Part shown: piece after piece, positions 17,984 through 26,543 of the stretch
Numbering within the stretch: the first letter of the stretch is position 1
Layout of the letters: each line of letters opens with the position of its first letter
Virus record (IMG/VR): IMGVR_UViG_3300027895_000007
Coordinates: 1-55,234 of that record
DNA length: 55,234 nucleotides
Reading direction: 5' to 3' (one strand)
Source: a virus
Lineage: Duplodnaviria > Caudoviricetes
Translations under genes and position numbers: made by a program
The notes under the pieces: generated by a model
Database searches by the model: none
Seen by the model: only the letters and a program-made list of their open reading frames with translations
What the model was told of the DNA's origin: nothing

Positions 17984-19404
17984 TGTCGACCGCTTACCTC
18001 GACCCGTTCGCTGTGAACGCTGCGAGCATCCCGCCGCCCAACCGGGGCATCCTGGCGCGCATCCGCGAATTCCTACCGTGGTGGGGAGCAAAGCAAGAGC
18101 AGGGCAAGCCGGTTGCCGTCTACCTCGAGCGCGAAAAGGTCCGTGGTGGCCCGCAAGCGATCAAGCTGCCGTGGTTCCTGCCCTACGAAGACGATACTGG
18201 AACTGGGGAAACTTCCTGTATGAGACTCGCCTACAGGCGTATGTATGCGGACCCAGTCATTACCGGCGCGCTTAACTCGCAAATCTTCGGCATCTCGAAT
18301 CTGCCCTTGCAGATTCACCCGGCCGATAAAAAAAACAAGACCGACACGCAGGTAGCCGAGTTCGCACGGTGGAACATCCAGCGGCGATACTCCGGGGGAA
18401 CATCGGGCCTCATCTGGAAGATCATCTCAGGCGGGTTCATCGACGGCTACAGCGTGAATGAGAAGGTATGGGCCTATCAGGATCGCGGTAAATTCGCCGG
18501 GAAAGACGTGCTCATTAGCCTGAAGCAGAAGGACGTTGGGAACGATTTGGTGCTCGACACAGACGCATACCGCAACGTCGTGAGCGTTCTTGGCCTGCGC
18601 TACAACTCCGGCGTCGAGTGGCACCCGTCGAATTTTATCATCTATTCGCGCATGAAGATGTACGAGAGGCCCAGCGGACTCAGCGCGCTGAGATGCGTCT
18701 ATTTCCACTATTGGTTGCGGGACACTTCGTGGAAGCTCCGACAGATCGGCCTGAGCACGAAGGCGTTCCCGATCTTGATAGGCACTTACGAAAATGCTGC
18801 GATTCAGCCGTCGCTGAACAATGCCTTGCAGAACGCGAAGTCTCTGGCCTGGCTTTCGATCCCGAAAGAGGCACAGGTAACGGCCCTCGAAATCGCTGGC
18901 CAGTCCGATGCGGAGTTTGAGGGGTCCATCCGACAGCTCGACGAGGAAATCTACATCGGAATCACTGGCGCTACATTGCAGGCCCTCCAAGGGGGCAAGG
19001 AAGTGGAGAGGGGATCCTCGGAAGAGCATGCGAACACGGCGGACAGCTTCAAGGGCTTTCCGGCCTCTGAAGTGTGTGCCCTGCTTAACGACCAAGACAG
19101 CGGCTTGCTCAAGGACATGACAGATCTGAACTTTGTCGCGTCCGATTATCCATTCGCCAGCGTAGAAGAGGTCGATCCGGACGATGTGACGAAGAAGATC
19201 ACGATCGCGACAGGGATCAAGGCTCTCGGCCTGGACCAGAGCAAGGAATCTCTCCGCGAGCAATTCAGCTCGGAGGCTCCGCACGAGGGAGACCCAAACG
19301 ATACACTGGCCGGTGCGCCGGCTCCGCCAACTGCGCCGGCTCCGGGAGGGGCCGGCACGCCTCCCTTTCGATTCTCAGAGCAGTGGGGTCAGTACGTTCG
19401 ATGA
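17983..19404 (+). CDS. Portal protein (Mu gp29 / DUF935-like)
   Basis: Position after the terminase; D..I motif, GYSVNEKVW, G.SALR, and terminal GQ-like/ERGSSEEH patterns. Confidence 0.8.
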   Translation: MSTAYLDPFAVNAASIPPPNRGILARIREFLPWWGAKQEQGKPVAVYLEREKVRGGPQAIKLPWFLPYEDDTGTGETSCMRLAYRRMYADPVITGALNSQIFGISNLPLQIHPADKKNKTDTQVAEFARWNIQRRYSGGTSGLIWKIISGGFIDGYSVNEKVWAYQDRGKFAGKDVLISLKQKDVGNDLVLDTDAYRNVVSVLGLRYNSGVEWHPSNFIIYSRMKMYERPSGLSALRCVYFHYWLRDTSWKLRQIGLSTKAFPILIGTYENAAIQPSLNNALQNAKSLAWLSIPKEAQVTALEIAGQSDAEFEGSIRQLDEEIYIGITGATLQALQGGKEVERGSSEEHANTADSFKGFPASEVCALLNDQDSGLLKDMTDLNFVASDYPFASVEEVDPDDVTKKITIATGIKALGLDQSKESLREQFSSEAPHEGDPNDTLAGAPAPPTAPAPGGAGTPPFRFSEQWGQYVR

Positions 19405-19711
19405 GGGGGTCGAGATCAAGCCGTCGCAGGTCAAGGTCAAGGACGAGCGGGACACGGCCTTGGCCGGGCCGGACGGCAGGGAAGTGCAGCGGCTCCTGAA
19501 TCGCGTGGAGAAGCACGGCGCCGCGACGCTGGGCACGATCATGGAGGCGGCCGTCGGGCGGTTGCTGAAGAGTGGTTCGCCACTGGAGGCCAAGAGCCTG
19601 TTTACGCCGGAAGAGCGGGACCAATTGGCGGCGAGCCTGGCAGCGACGAATTCCACAAGCGAATTGCTTGGAAGGGCTATCGTGAGGAAGAGATTGGAGA
19701 AGTATCAGTGA
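19367..19711 (+). CDS. Portal C-terminal extension-like ORF in the +1 frame (no clear start)
   Basis: Open frame overlapping the portal end; ends ...LAASLAAT..ELLGR. Confidence 0.5.
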   Translation, partial: FDSQSSGVSTFDEGVEIKPSQVKVKDERDTALAGPDGREVQRLLNRVEKHGAATLGTIMEAAVGRLLKSGSPLEAKSLFTPEERDQLAASLAATNSTSELLGRAIVRKRLEKYQ

Positions 19712-19923
19712 CGACGCACCCTCCCGAAACCCGCCTCACACAAGCAACACGCGGCTTCGTGCTGTTCATGGAAAATCTGCGCACGCAGGCCGGGTTGACG
19801 CTGGAGGAAGAGCTTGTAATGGTGATGAACTATTTGCATGCTCGCGGATCGCGGCCTCTCCCGAAAGGGTTGACAAGAGTTAACGGCGAAATTGTAGCCA
19901 AAATCAAGGAGTCACAGCCATGA
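19708..19923 (+). CDS. Hypothetical protein
   Basis: GTGA-coupled; GGAG RBS. Confidence 0.55.
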   Translation: MTTHPPETRLTQATRGFVLFMENLRTQAGLTLEEELVMVMNYLHARGSRPLPKGLTRVNGEIVAKIKESQP

Positions 19924-20297
19924 GAATCCTTTCGACAAACCTGAACATTACCGGAGAAGACTTGTGCGAGATTATGCGCAACCAAGTCTACCCCATCCCG
20001 GTTATCGCGTCTTTTGGCGGCAATGACGAGAACGGAGAACCTTACCACGACATTAAGCAGGTTGGCGAGATCAGGAAGCTTCGCATCACCGGCACCTACC
20101 TACAAGGCGACGTGTTCCTTGCCGAAGCATTCTCGGAACGCTATCAATATGTGAGCGCGGAAGTCTATCACGAACCCAAGAGAATTCGGCGAGTGGCGTT
20201 GCTGAATAAACCAGTCTTTGACGATGGGACGCCAGCCCTAATGTATTACAATTTGGACCGCGCCGACGAACCGATCATCCTCAAGAGCAACGAATGA
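19920..20297 (+). CDS. Short paralog of the prohead protease domain
   Basis: ITGEDLCEIMRN, RYQYVSAEVY and IRRVALL align by eye with YTPQDLEDIVRN, KYGAVSVELY and LRRLAVL of 23791..25392. Confidence 0.6.
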   Translation: MRILSTNLNITGEDLCEIMRNQVYPIPVIASFGGNDENGEPYHDIKQVGEIRKLRITGTYLQGDVFLAEAFSERYQYVSAEVYHEPKRIRRVALLNKPVFDDGTPALMYYNLDRADEPIILKSNE

Positions 20298-21793
20298 CCG
20301 ATTTCGCCGCTACCGACGCGACGGATTTTTCAGCATTCGCTGAACCGCTCAATCCCTACACACCGTGGGAGGCTCTCAACTTCTTCAAGCGCCTGATCCC
20401 CTCGATCGGCGTGAAGCCGTCTCAGTGGGTAGCCGGCCAGAACAAGGCCGCCTTCAGCTTGGCAGTGAACACGGAAAAGGTCTTGCTCGAGCGCGTGCAA
20501 GAGGTCATCAGCAGCTTCCTCGAAGCGGGCCATGCTCCTGGTGAGCCGGCCACGACGCCAGCGGGAACGGCGGTTATCCCGGCAGAAGGGCCAACCGTGG
20601 CCGATCTCACCCCGAGCGGCTATCCGAAGCGACTGAGCGGCAGGCAGGCGGTGCAGGCGGTGCTGGATGAATGCGGGGTGACGCCGACCAACAGTTTCTA
20701 CGCTGAAAATGTTTACAGGACCAACATGGCCACGGCCTTAAACGATGGCCAAATGAAGGAACTGCAAGACCCGGATATTGCCGATGAATTCCCTTGCTGG
20801 CGCTATCTCGGAATTAGAGACGGCAGACAGAGGAAATCACACGAAGTACACTTTGACAAATACTTTGCCAACGATCAGGACTTCGCCGAAGTGCGTGATT
20901 ATGTCAAAGGCGCCTTCGATGGCTACGCATGCCGTTGTTCAATTTCTCCCGTTCACAAGTCGGAGTGGGCGCGCCTTCAGGCCGCCGGCGCCCGCATCAC
21001 CACACTCAGCGAAGTTAAGCGTTTCGCAGAGGAATGGCGGAGGATGGCAGAGGATGCGGAAGGGCATGAGCACAAGGGCAAGGGCGAAGGCGGTGGCCAG
21101 TTCACGAAGAAGGGATCGGGCGGTAGCGGAACGAAAGAGGCCAAGGCGAAGAAAACCGGGAAGACTGAACCTGCCAAGCCAGCAGCGAAAGCGGCAAAAG
21201 TTCCTGAACAGGTTCCAAGCGAGAAAGCGGCACGAGCCAAGCTCGCTCACAAGCTGGTAAACAAGGATATTCAGCGATACGCCGAAGAGTACAATGAACC
21301 GCGATTTGCCAAGGTGGTTCAAGGCATCTCCCATCCGGATAGCGAGCCAATGGATGTGACAACGAAGAGCGGCGACCCGTGTGAACTGAAGACGCTGGTG
21401 GACAACAGTAATTCAAAGATCACAATGGACTCTTATTCCCAGGTGCGGAAGATCGTCAAGGAATCAGAGACCGGCAAGACGTTCCACACCATCGTAAGCG
21501 ACGATCAGAGCATCTATAATGCGAAGGGCGAAGGTAAGCACGGCGACGATTCCAAGCGGAAGTATTACTACCGCCGCGGCGTGGCTGGGTCTGCTCGCAT
21601 CGGGTCGCTTTACGAGTGTAAGGACGAAGCCGAGTTGCTCAAAATGATGAGCCTGCCAGAGAAGGAGTTGCCGGAAGCGGCCGCGCGGACGGATGGTAAA
21701 TTGCGCGTCGGCAAGTGGAAATTCTTCCAGGACGAAACCGGCAAGGGCTACCAGAACACTAAGACGGGCCAAGTCTTCAGGGCGAAGAAATGA
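20294..21793 (+). CDS. MuF minor head protein with C-terminal PD-(D/E)XK-like domain
   Basis: AFSLA, YRTNM, RY.GIRDGRQRKSH and YACRC MuF motifs; Lys/Gly linker; then E..EPMDV..CELKT. Confidence 0.8.
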   Translation: MTDFAATDATDFSAFAEPLNPYTPWEALNFFKRLIPSIGVKPSQWVAGQNKAAFSLAVNTEKVLLERVQEVISSFLEAGHAPGEPATTPAGTAVIPAEGPTVADLTPSGYPKRLSGRQAVQAVLDECGVTPTNSFYAENVYRTNMATALNDGQMKELQDPDIADEFPCWRYLGIRDGRQRKSHEVHFDKYFANDQDFAEVRDYVKGAFDGYACRCSISPVHKSEWARLQAAGARITTLSEVKRFAEEWRRMAEDAEGHEHKGKGEGGGQFTKKGSGGSGTKEAKAKKTGKTEPAKPAAKAAKVPEQVPSEKAARAKLAHKLVNKDIQRYAEEYNEPRFAKVVQGISHPDSEPMDVTTKSGDPCELKTLVDNSNSKITMDSYSQVRKIVKESETGKTFHTIVSDDQSIYNAKGEGKHGDDSKRKYYYRRGVAGSARIGSLYECKDEAELLKMMSLPEKELPEAAARTDGKLRVGKWKFFQDETGKGYQNTKTGQVFRAKK

Positions 21794-23232
21794 GCGTCTA
21801 TCTTTCCATAGACTCCGGCACGCCGACTTTCCTGGCATCGGTTACAGGATGGGGGGATTTCTCGGAATGGATCGGAGGCCAAGAGGACGTTGAAGAAATT
21901 GCTCATCTTTGTGACCACGGTTGGGGTGAGCCAGCTACGGCAATAGCCGAGAGCGTACGGACGGCCCTGCGGAGCGACGATCCATCGGAAGACGTGAAGA
22001 GCACAGCCGAAAACTTGCTCTCGATTCTGGACGGCCTGGACGACGAAGTAGTGACAGTCAACGACGGCATGGGGCCAGCAACGGAAGACTTCGCTGAAGA
22101 CGCCGCCGGCCATGAGCATGACAGTAAGACCGGCCAATTCACCGGCAAATCCGGCACGACAGGCCGCACGCTCTTTGAGCACCAAAACAGCATCCGCCAG
22201 CGAGCGAATGAGCATAAGAAGAAGAACAAGAAGCTCACTGACGAAGCCGCCTTCGACAAGAGCCTTGAAGAGCACGGCGGCAGCTGGAAGCAGCAGATCA
22301 AGGAAGCAGCGGCGAGGGGTGAAGCGATCCCGGCGCACGTCAAGGCGGATTATGAGAAGAACTATGGCAAGCTCGAAACGAAGGAAGCGAGTAAGCCAGC
22401 TGAGACGCCGAAGTCTGCGCCATCCGAGCATGTCCGACACGTCGCCGAATCTGTCAAGGAGCATGGCGGCCCTAACAACCTCGCTCCGCTGACTGAGGTT
22501 CGAAAGACGCTGGTGAAGCGCGGCATCACTTCACGCGCCGATCAGGACACAGCCATTCACGCCGCTTGGCGAGCCGGACACATTACGGGATCGCCCCTCG
22601 AAGGGCGGCACGGCACGACGCAAGAGGAGCGAGATGCCAGCATGTACGCGCCGGGCGCCGAGCCAAAAGAGCACGAACCGCACAGGTCCGGCAACATCGG
22701 TTACCTGATCCACAAACATGCCGAGACGTTTGAGGAACACGGCGGCCAGTTCAAGAAGGGCGGCGGCCGTGTCCCGGCTGAAGGCGAGAGCGATACACCA
22801 GCCGAGCACCACGAAGCGACGGCTAAACTCGAAACAGAACTGACGCCGCACCTGGAACGCGATCCGGCCTTGCGGGAGCGAGTGGCCAAGATCGGCAAGC
22901 GAGTGACCGAGGCGGTGGCAAAGTTCGCCGCTGCCAAGCTCTCGCCTCTGGCTCTGAAGACAGCGGATCAATGGCTATTCGAGCAAGTTGTCAACGCGCA
23001 TCAGCCGGGGACAACGCTCGCGGTCAAGGCGGGAGTGCTGGCCACAGTGAAGGCATGGCACGCGGCCAAAGCACTGAGGGGCAAGATGAGTGAATTCGCA
23101 GACGGGCACGAAGTCGAGACGCTCCATAAACTGATGGAGGCTGTAGCGGACGCTTCGGACGGGGCGATCGAGACCCCGTCGAAAGAAGACGTGGAGAGGC
23201 GGTTATCGGAAGCGAAAGAGGCCAAGGAATGA
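21790..23232 (+). CDS. Multidomain head-associated protein with acidic immunity-like N-terminus
   Basis: ATGA-coupled to MuF; acidic first ~100 aa, then modules introduced by FAE..GHEH..GQFT and FEEHGGQFK. Confidence 0.65.
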   Translation: MSVYLSIDSGTPTFLASVTGWGDFSEWIGGQEDVEEIAHLCDHGWGEPATAIAESVRTALRSDDPSEDVKSTAENLLSILDGLDDEVVTVNDGMGPATEDFAEDAAGHEHDSKTGQFTGKSGTTGRTLFEHQNSIRQRANEHKKKNKKLTDEAAFDKSLEEHGGSWKQQIKEAAARGEAIPAHVKADYEKNYGKLETKEASKPAETPKSAPSEHVRHVAESVKEHGGPNNLAPLTEVRKTLVKRGITSRADQDTAIHAAWRAGHITGSPLEGRHGTTQEERDASMYAPGAEPKEHEPHRSGNIGYLIHKHAETFEEHGGQFKKGGGRVPAEGESDTPAEHHEATAKLETELTPHLERDPALRERVAKIGKRVTEAVAKFAAAKLSPLALKTADQWLFEQVVNAHQPGTTLAVKAGVLATVKAWHAAKALRGKMSEFADGHEVETLHKLMEAVADASDGAIETPSKEDVERRLSEAKEAKE

Positions 23233-23438
23233 CCCTCCAAGCCAAGCCTGTTCGCCGCTCCATTCCCCAGCACTGCGGGGCCGCCATGCTCTCATTGGGT
23301 ACGGTCGACGCCGTAGCGGCCCGCGTTCGCATCGTCTCGGAAGTGTGGTGCTGTCCGGCTTGCAATTTGCGGCAAGCGGCCCCGGTGAGTTATGCTCGGG
23401 CCACGTCGGCACAAGTGTTCAGAAAGGAAATGGAATGA
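23229..23438 (+). CDS. Small Zn-binding protein
   Basis: HCG..M and CPAC motifs; coupled. Confidence 0.5.
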   Translation: MTLQAKPVRRSIPQHCGAAMLSLGTVDAVAARVRIVSEVWCCPACNLRQAAPVSYARATSAQVFRKEME

Positions 23439-23653
23439 CGCCGACTACGGAAGATCGCAACCGCCAAGTGTTCGACCAATTCTGTGCGGAATTGTGGCAG
23501 CGCATCCAGGAACGTATCCGCCTGGGGAGACCGGGAGCCTTCCACGCTAACTTCACTTTGGACGGCGAGCCTGGCCAAAGACCGCCGCTTTTGCTCGCTC
23601 TACCGTTCACGATAAATGGAGAAAAGTTGCGAGCGCGACTGAATGATACTTGA
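23435..23653 (+). CDS. Hypothetical protein
   Basis: AAGGA RBS; ATGA overlap. Confidence 0.55.
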   Translation: MTPTTEDRNRQVFDQFCAELWQRIQERIRLGRPGAFHANFTLDGEPGQRPPLLLALPFTINGEKLRARLNDT

Positions 23654-23679
23654 CTTTCAAGGATAAATTGCTCTAGATT
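23650..23679 (+). promoter_or_regulatory. Sigma70-like promoter upstream of the protease/capsid genes
   Basis: TTGACT-18 nt-TAGATT. Confidence 0.45.
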
Positions 23680-23729
23680 GAATCCTAATAACTTGCTCGC
23701 GGCGAAGCGCCGCAATCCATTGCGATATT

Positions 23730-23770
23730 AAAGCCGTGGTTTGTCTTCAAAGACAAGCTGCGGCTTTTTT
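23730..23770 (+). terminator. Hairpin plus U-tract just upstream of the protease gene
   Basis: AAGCCGTGGTTTGTCTT/AAGACAAGCTGCGGCTT followed by Ts. Confidence 0.65.
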
Positions 23771-23790
23771 CGTTTTGATGGGGCCAGAAT

Positions 23791-25392
23791 GTGCCGGTTG
23801 CTTCCGACAAGAATCCTGACGCCAAACCAGCCGGCAAGCGCATGCGGGGTGTGGAAGCCTTCAGCATCGGAGAGAAGCGCGGCAAGAAATACACGCCGCA
23901 AGACCTCGAAGACATCGTTCGCAACTTCCGCGAGTTCGGCAAAGGTCAGCGACCCGGCTTTGATGTTCCGGTAGTTCGTGGCCACGAAGAAACGCCGGAA
24001 GCGCAAGAGAAGTTCCTGAGCGATACGAGTATTCCAGCCGGAGCGTGGGTCGAGGACGCGAAGACAGATGGACGCAAGCTCTACCTGGACCTGCGAAACG
24101 TCTCGCCGGAACTGGAAGACGACCTGCTCAAGGGGAAGTATGGGGCGGTCAGCGTCGAGTTATACGACCAGCCGCCGGAGGGGATCCCGGGTCGGGGTCG
24201 GATGTTGCGGCGGTTAGCCGTGCTGGGCGGCGAGATTCCCCAGGACAAGAACCTGAAGCCGCCGCCGATGCCGACAGCGCACAGCGAGCGGGGGCTGCGA
24301 GTCGTGGGGCTGCGGGACGTGTTGCCCGGCCAAGGATTTGTCACCTGCTTTTCAGAGGTAGCACCCATGCCGAAATTCTTGGAGAGCAACAACAACAAAA
24401 AAGGCCAGCTGAAAGCCATCTGGACCAAGAACACCAAGGAAGGTCTTGATCCGGATGATTTCGGCGAGGAAGACATGAAGAAATACATGGCCGACGACGG
24501 CACGACGCCGGACAAGGAAAAGATGATGCAGCGTCTGGCCGAAGCCGGGGCCGGGGAAGAGGACATGAAGTCGCCGGACGCGATGATGGCTGCCATGTGC
24601 CGCATGGCCGACATGCTGGACGGCCAGGAAGAGACGAACTACGACGAAGACCCAACCCCGCCGAAGGACGACGAAGAAAAGGCCGCCTATGCCGCTCGCG
24701 CGCAGAAGATGGCCGCCTATGCCGAAAAGCTGAAGAAGTTCGGCGAAGACAATCCAACCTCTAATAAGAACAAGCCGGCCGCCTCAGCGCCAGTCGTTAA
24801 TAACGGAAAGGTTCCGGAAATGGACAAGCTCAGCGAAACGGCGATGAATCGCTTGATCGACTTGGCCGCCTCCCGCATCGAAACTCGCTTGCTGGCCAAG
24901 GTCGACAGCGTGGTCAAGCGGGTCGACACCATCGACCAGAACACGGCAGCCGTGGACATTGACCGCTTCTGCGAGCACATGAGGATCGCTGGTAAGATCA
25001 CAGCGGCCGACCTCGATCCGAACAACCCCTTCAATTTGAAGCAAGAGCTTCTCGACTTGGCCGCGCTCGACGCGCAGGGCGGTCCGAAGGTGCATCGGTT
25101 CTCCGAGAAGGGCAAGACGACGATGCTCGGACACCTGGAATGGAAGAAGAAGCAGATCGAGGCGGGCCGGCCTGTCGTGCGCCGCGGAGAGCTTTCCGCC
25201 GTCGGCAAGTTCTCCGAGGAACTGGACGCTGGCAAGGCCAAGGTGGGCAGCACCTACGACATGTACTCCGAGCAGCTGCGGAAGTCGGGCGTAACCCGCG
25301 AAGCGTTCCTCAAGGGCTACGAAGACGGCTTGAAGACGGGCAACATCAAGAGCGCTGACGAGTACTTGGAAGGCGCGAAGAACGTGGCGTGA
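23791..25392 (+). CDS. Prohead protease-scaffold fusion (Mu gpI-like)
   Basis: PVVRGH (His), AGAWV, YGAVSVE (Ser) and LRRLAVLG motifs; charged helical scaffold tail. Confidence 0.8.
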   Translation: MPVASDKNPDAKPAGKRMRGVEAFSIGEKRGKKYTPQDLEDIVRNFREFGKGQRPGFDVPVVRGHEETPEAQEKFLSDTSIPAGAWVEDAKTDGRKLYLDLRNVSPELEDDLLKGKYGAVSVELYDQPPEGIPGRGRMLRRLAVLGGEIPQDKNLKPPPMPTAHSERGLRVVGLRDVLPGQGFVTCFSEVAPMPKFLESNNNKKGQLKAIWTKNTKEGLDPDDFGEEDMKKYMADDGTTPDKEKMMQRLAEAGAGEEDMKSPDAMMAAMCRMADMLDGQEETNYDEDPTPPKDDEEKAAYAARAQKMAAYAEKLKKFGEDNPTSNKNKPAASAPVVNNGKVPEMDKLSETAMNRLIDLAASRIETRLLAKVDSVVKRVDTIDQNTAAVDIDRFCEHMRIAGKITAADLDPNNPFNLKQELLDLAALDAQGGPKVHRFSEKGKTTMLGHLEWKKKQIEAGRPVVRRGELSAVGKFSEELDAGKAKVGSTYDMYSEQLRKSGVTREAFLKGYEDGLKTGNIKSADEYLEGAKNVA

Positions 25393-25433
25393 GCGGTTGG
25401 TCGAAAGATTGTCTCCAAACAGGAAATCGAATC

Positions 25434-26156
25434 ATGGCGAACGCAACCGCAACGGTGCCTGACTTCACAGTCGCATGGGGCGACGACAAAATCACCCGCG
25501 GCAATGACACGGTAGCAACCGCCATCACGTTCTATCCTGGCGTGATGACAGCCCTCACTGTCAACGGCTTAGTGGTGATCGCGCAGGATTCGCCGGGGCT
25601 GAAGTTCGACGGCATCTATCCGGGCGGTCAGCCGGTCACTGTCAGCCCCGGCGATGCATCAGCCTCCCTGAATCCGCCGCTGCAATCCGAGCGACCCTTC
25701 CGCTTCGGTATGGCGATCGCGTCGGCCGTCCAGGGGGACGAAGGCAAGGCGGTCTACGTGGTCGACGACGCACACGTCGGCTACACGTCGACGAACCTTA
25801 TCCGCGTCGGCTACGTCGACAAGGTCTTGACCTCAACGCTCGTGCTAATTCGGCCCGATTACGGCGGGCAGGTGAGCATCACCACAGCGACGACGCTTAC
25901 TGTCTCCGGCGCGGCCACAATCGGCCAAGGTCTCAACGTCGGCGGCAATTCATCTATCGGTGCCGGCGGTGCCGGCGGCTATGGCCTGACGATCTCGAAT
26001 TCTTCGGTTGCTCCCGGTATCTATGTCGGTTCCGGTGCTCCGACAATCTCTGTCGGTATCAGTTCCCTCTACATACGCACGGACGGCAGTGCCTCGACGC
26101 GACTCTATTCGGCCACGTCTGGGACAGGTGGCTGGACTGGCTTTGCGAGCCTGTAA
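25434..26156 (+). CDS. Capsid decoration / cement protein with C-terminal extension
   Basis: Between protease and capsid genes; GKAVYVVDD..V motif; Gly-rich tail with GSGAP..SLYIRTDG. Confidence 0.7.
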   Translation: MANATATVPDFTVAWGDDKITRGNDTVATAITFYPGVMTALTVNGLVVIAQDSPGLKFDGIYPGGQPVTVSPGDASASLNPPLQSERPFRFGMAIASAVQGDEGKAVYVVDDAHVGYTSTNLIRVGYVDKVLTSTLVLIRPDYGGQVSITTATTLTVSGAATIGQGLNVGGNSSIGAGGAGGYGLTISNSSVAPGIYVGSGAPTISVGISSLYIRTDGSASTRLYSATSGTGGWTGFASL

Positions 26157-26437
26157 TGATTACGCCGGAATTCATCAACGAGCAGTGTGCCGCCCTGGAC
26201 GCCAGGATTGAGGCCGCGAAGCAAGAACTTCTGCGGTTTGAAGGCGAGCGGCGGCAGCTGCAATCTATGGTTGCCGAGATCATGCGGCAGGAGCAAGAAG
26301 CCAAGGACCGCATCCGGATGGGTGTTGACGGCGGACCGCTGCAACACAATCGGTTGCCGGTAAACGAGTCGGTTATGAGCGGTCTAAACGGCGAGGCGAT
26401 GAACGAGCAGACCTCGGATTTGTTCGACAAGGGCTGA
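26156..26437 (+). CDS. Small coiled-coil protein
   Basis: TAATG coupling. Confidence 0.55.
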   Translation: MITPEFINEQCAALDARIEAAKQELLRFEGERRQLQSMVAEIMRQEQEAKDRIRMGVDGGPLQHNRLPVNESVMSGLNGEAMNEQTSDLFDKG

Positions 26438-26543
26438 GTGAAAATCAACGGGGACAGGCAGGCATGCCGAAGAATCCAACCCGGTTCTTCAGTCCCCTTG
26501 ACCTTGCGGGTTGGCGCTTGGGTGGCGCTGGACGGGCCTGACA

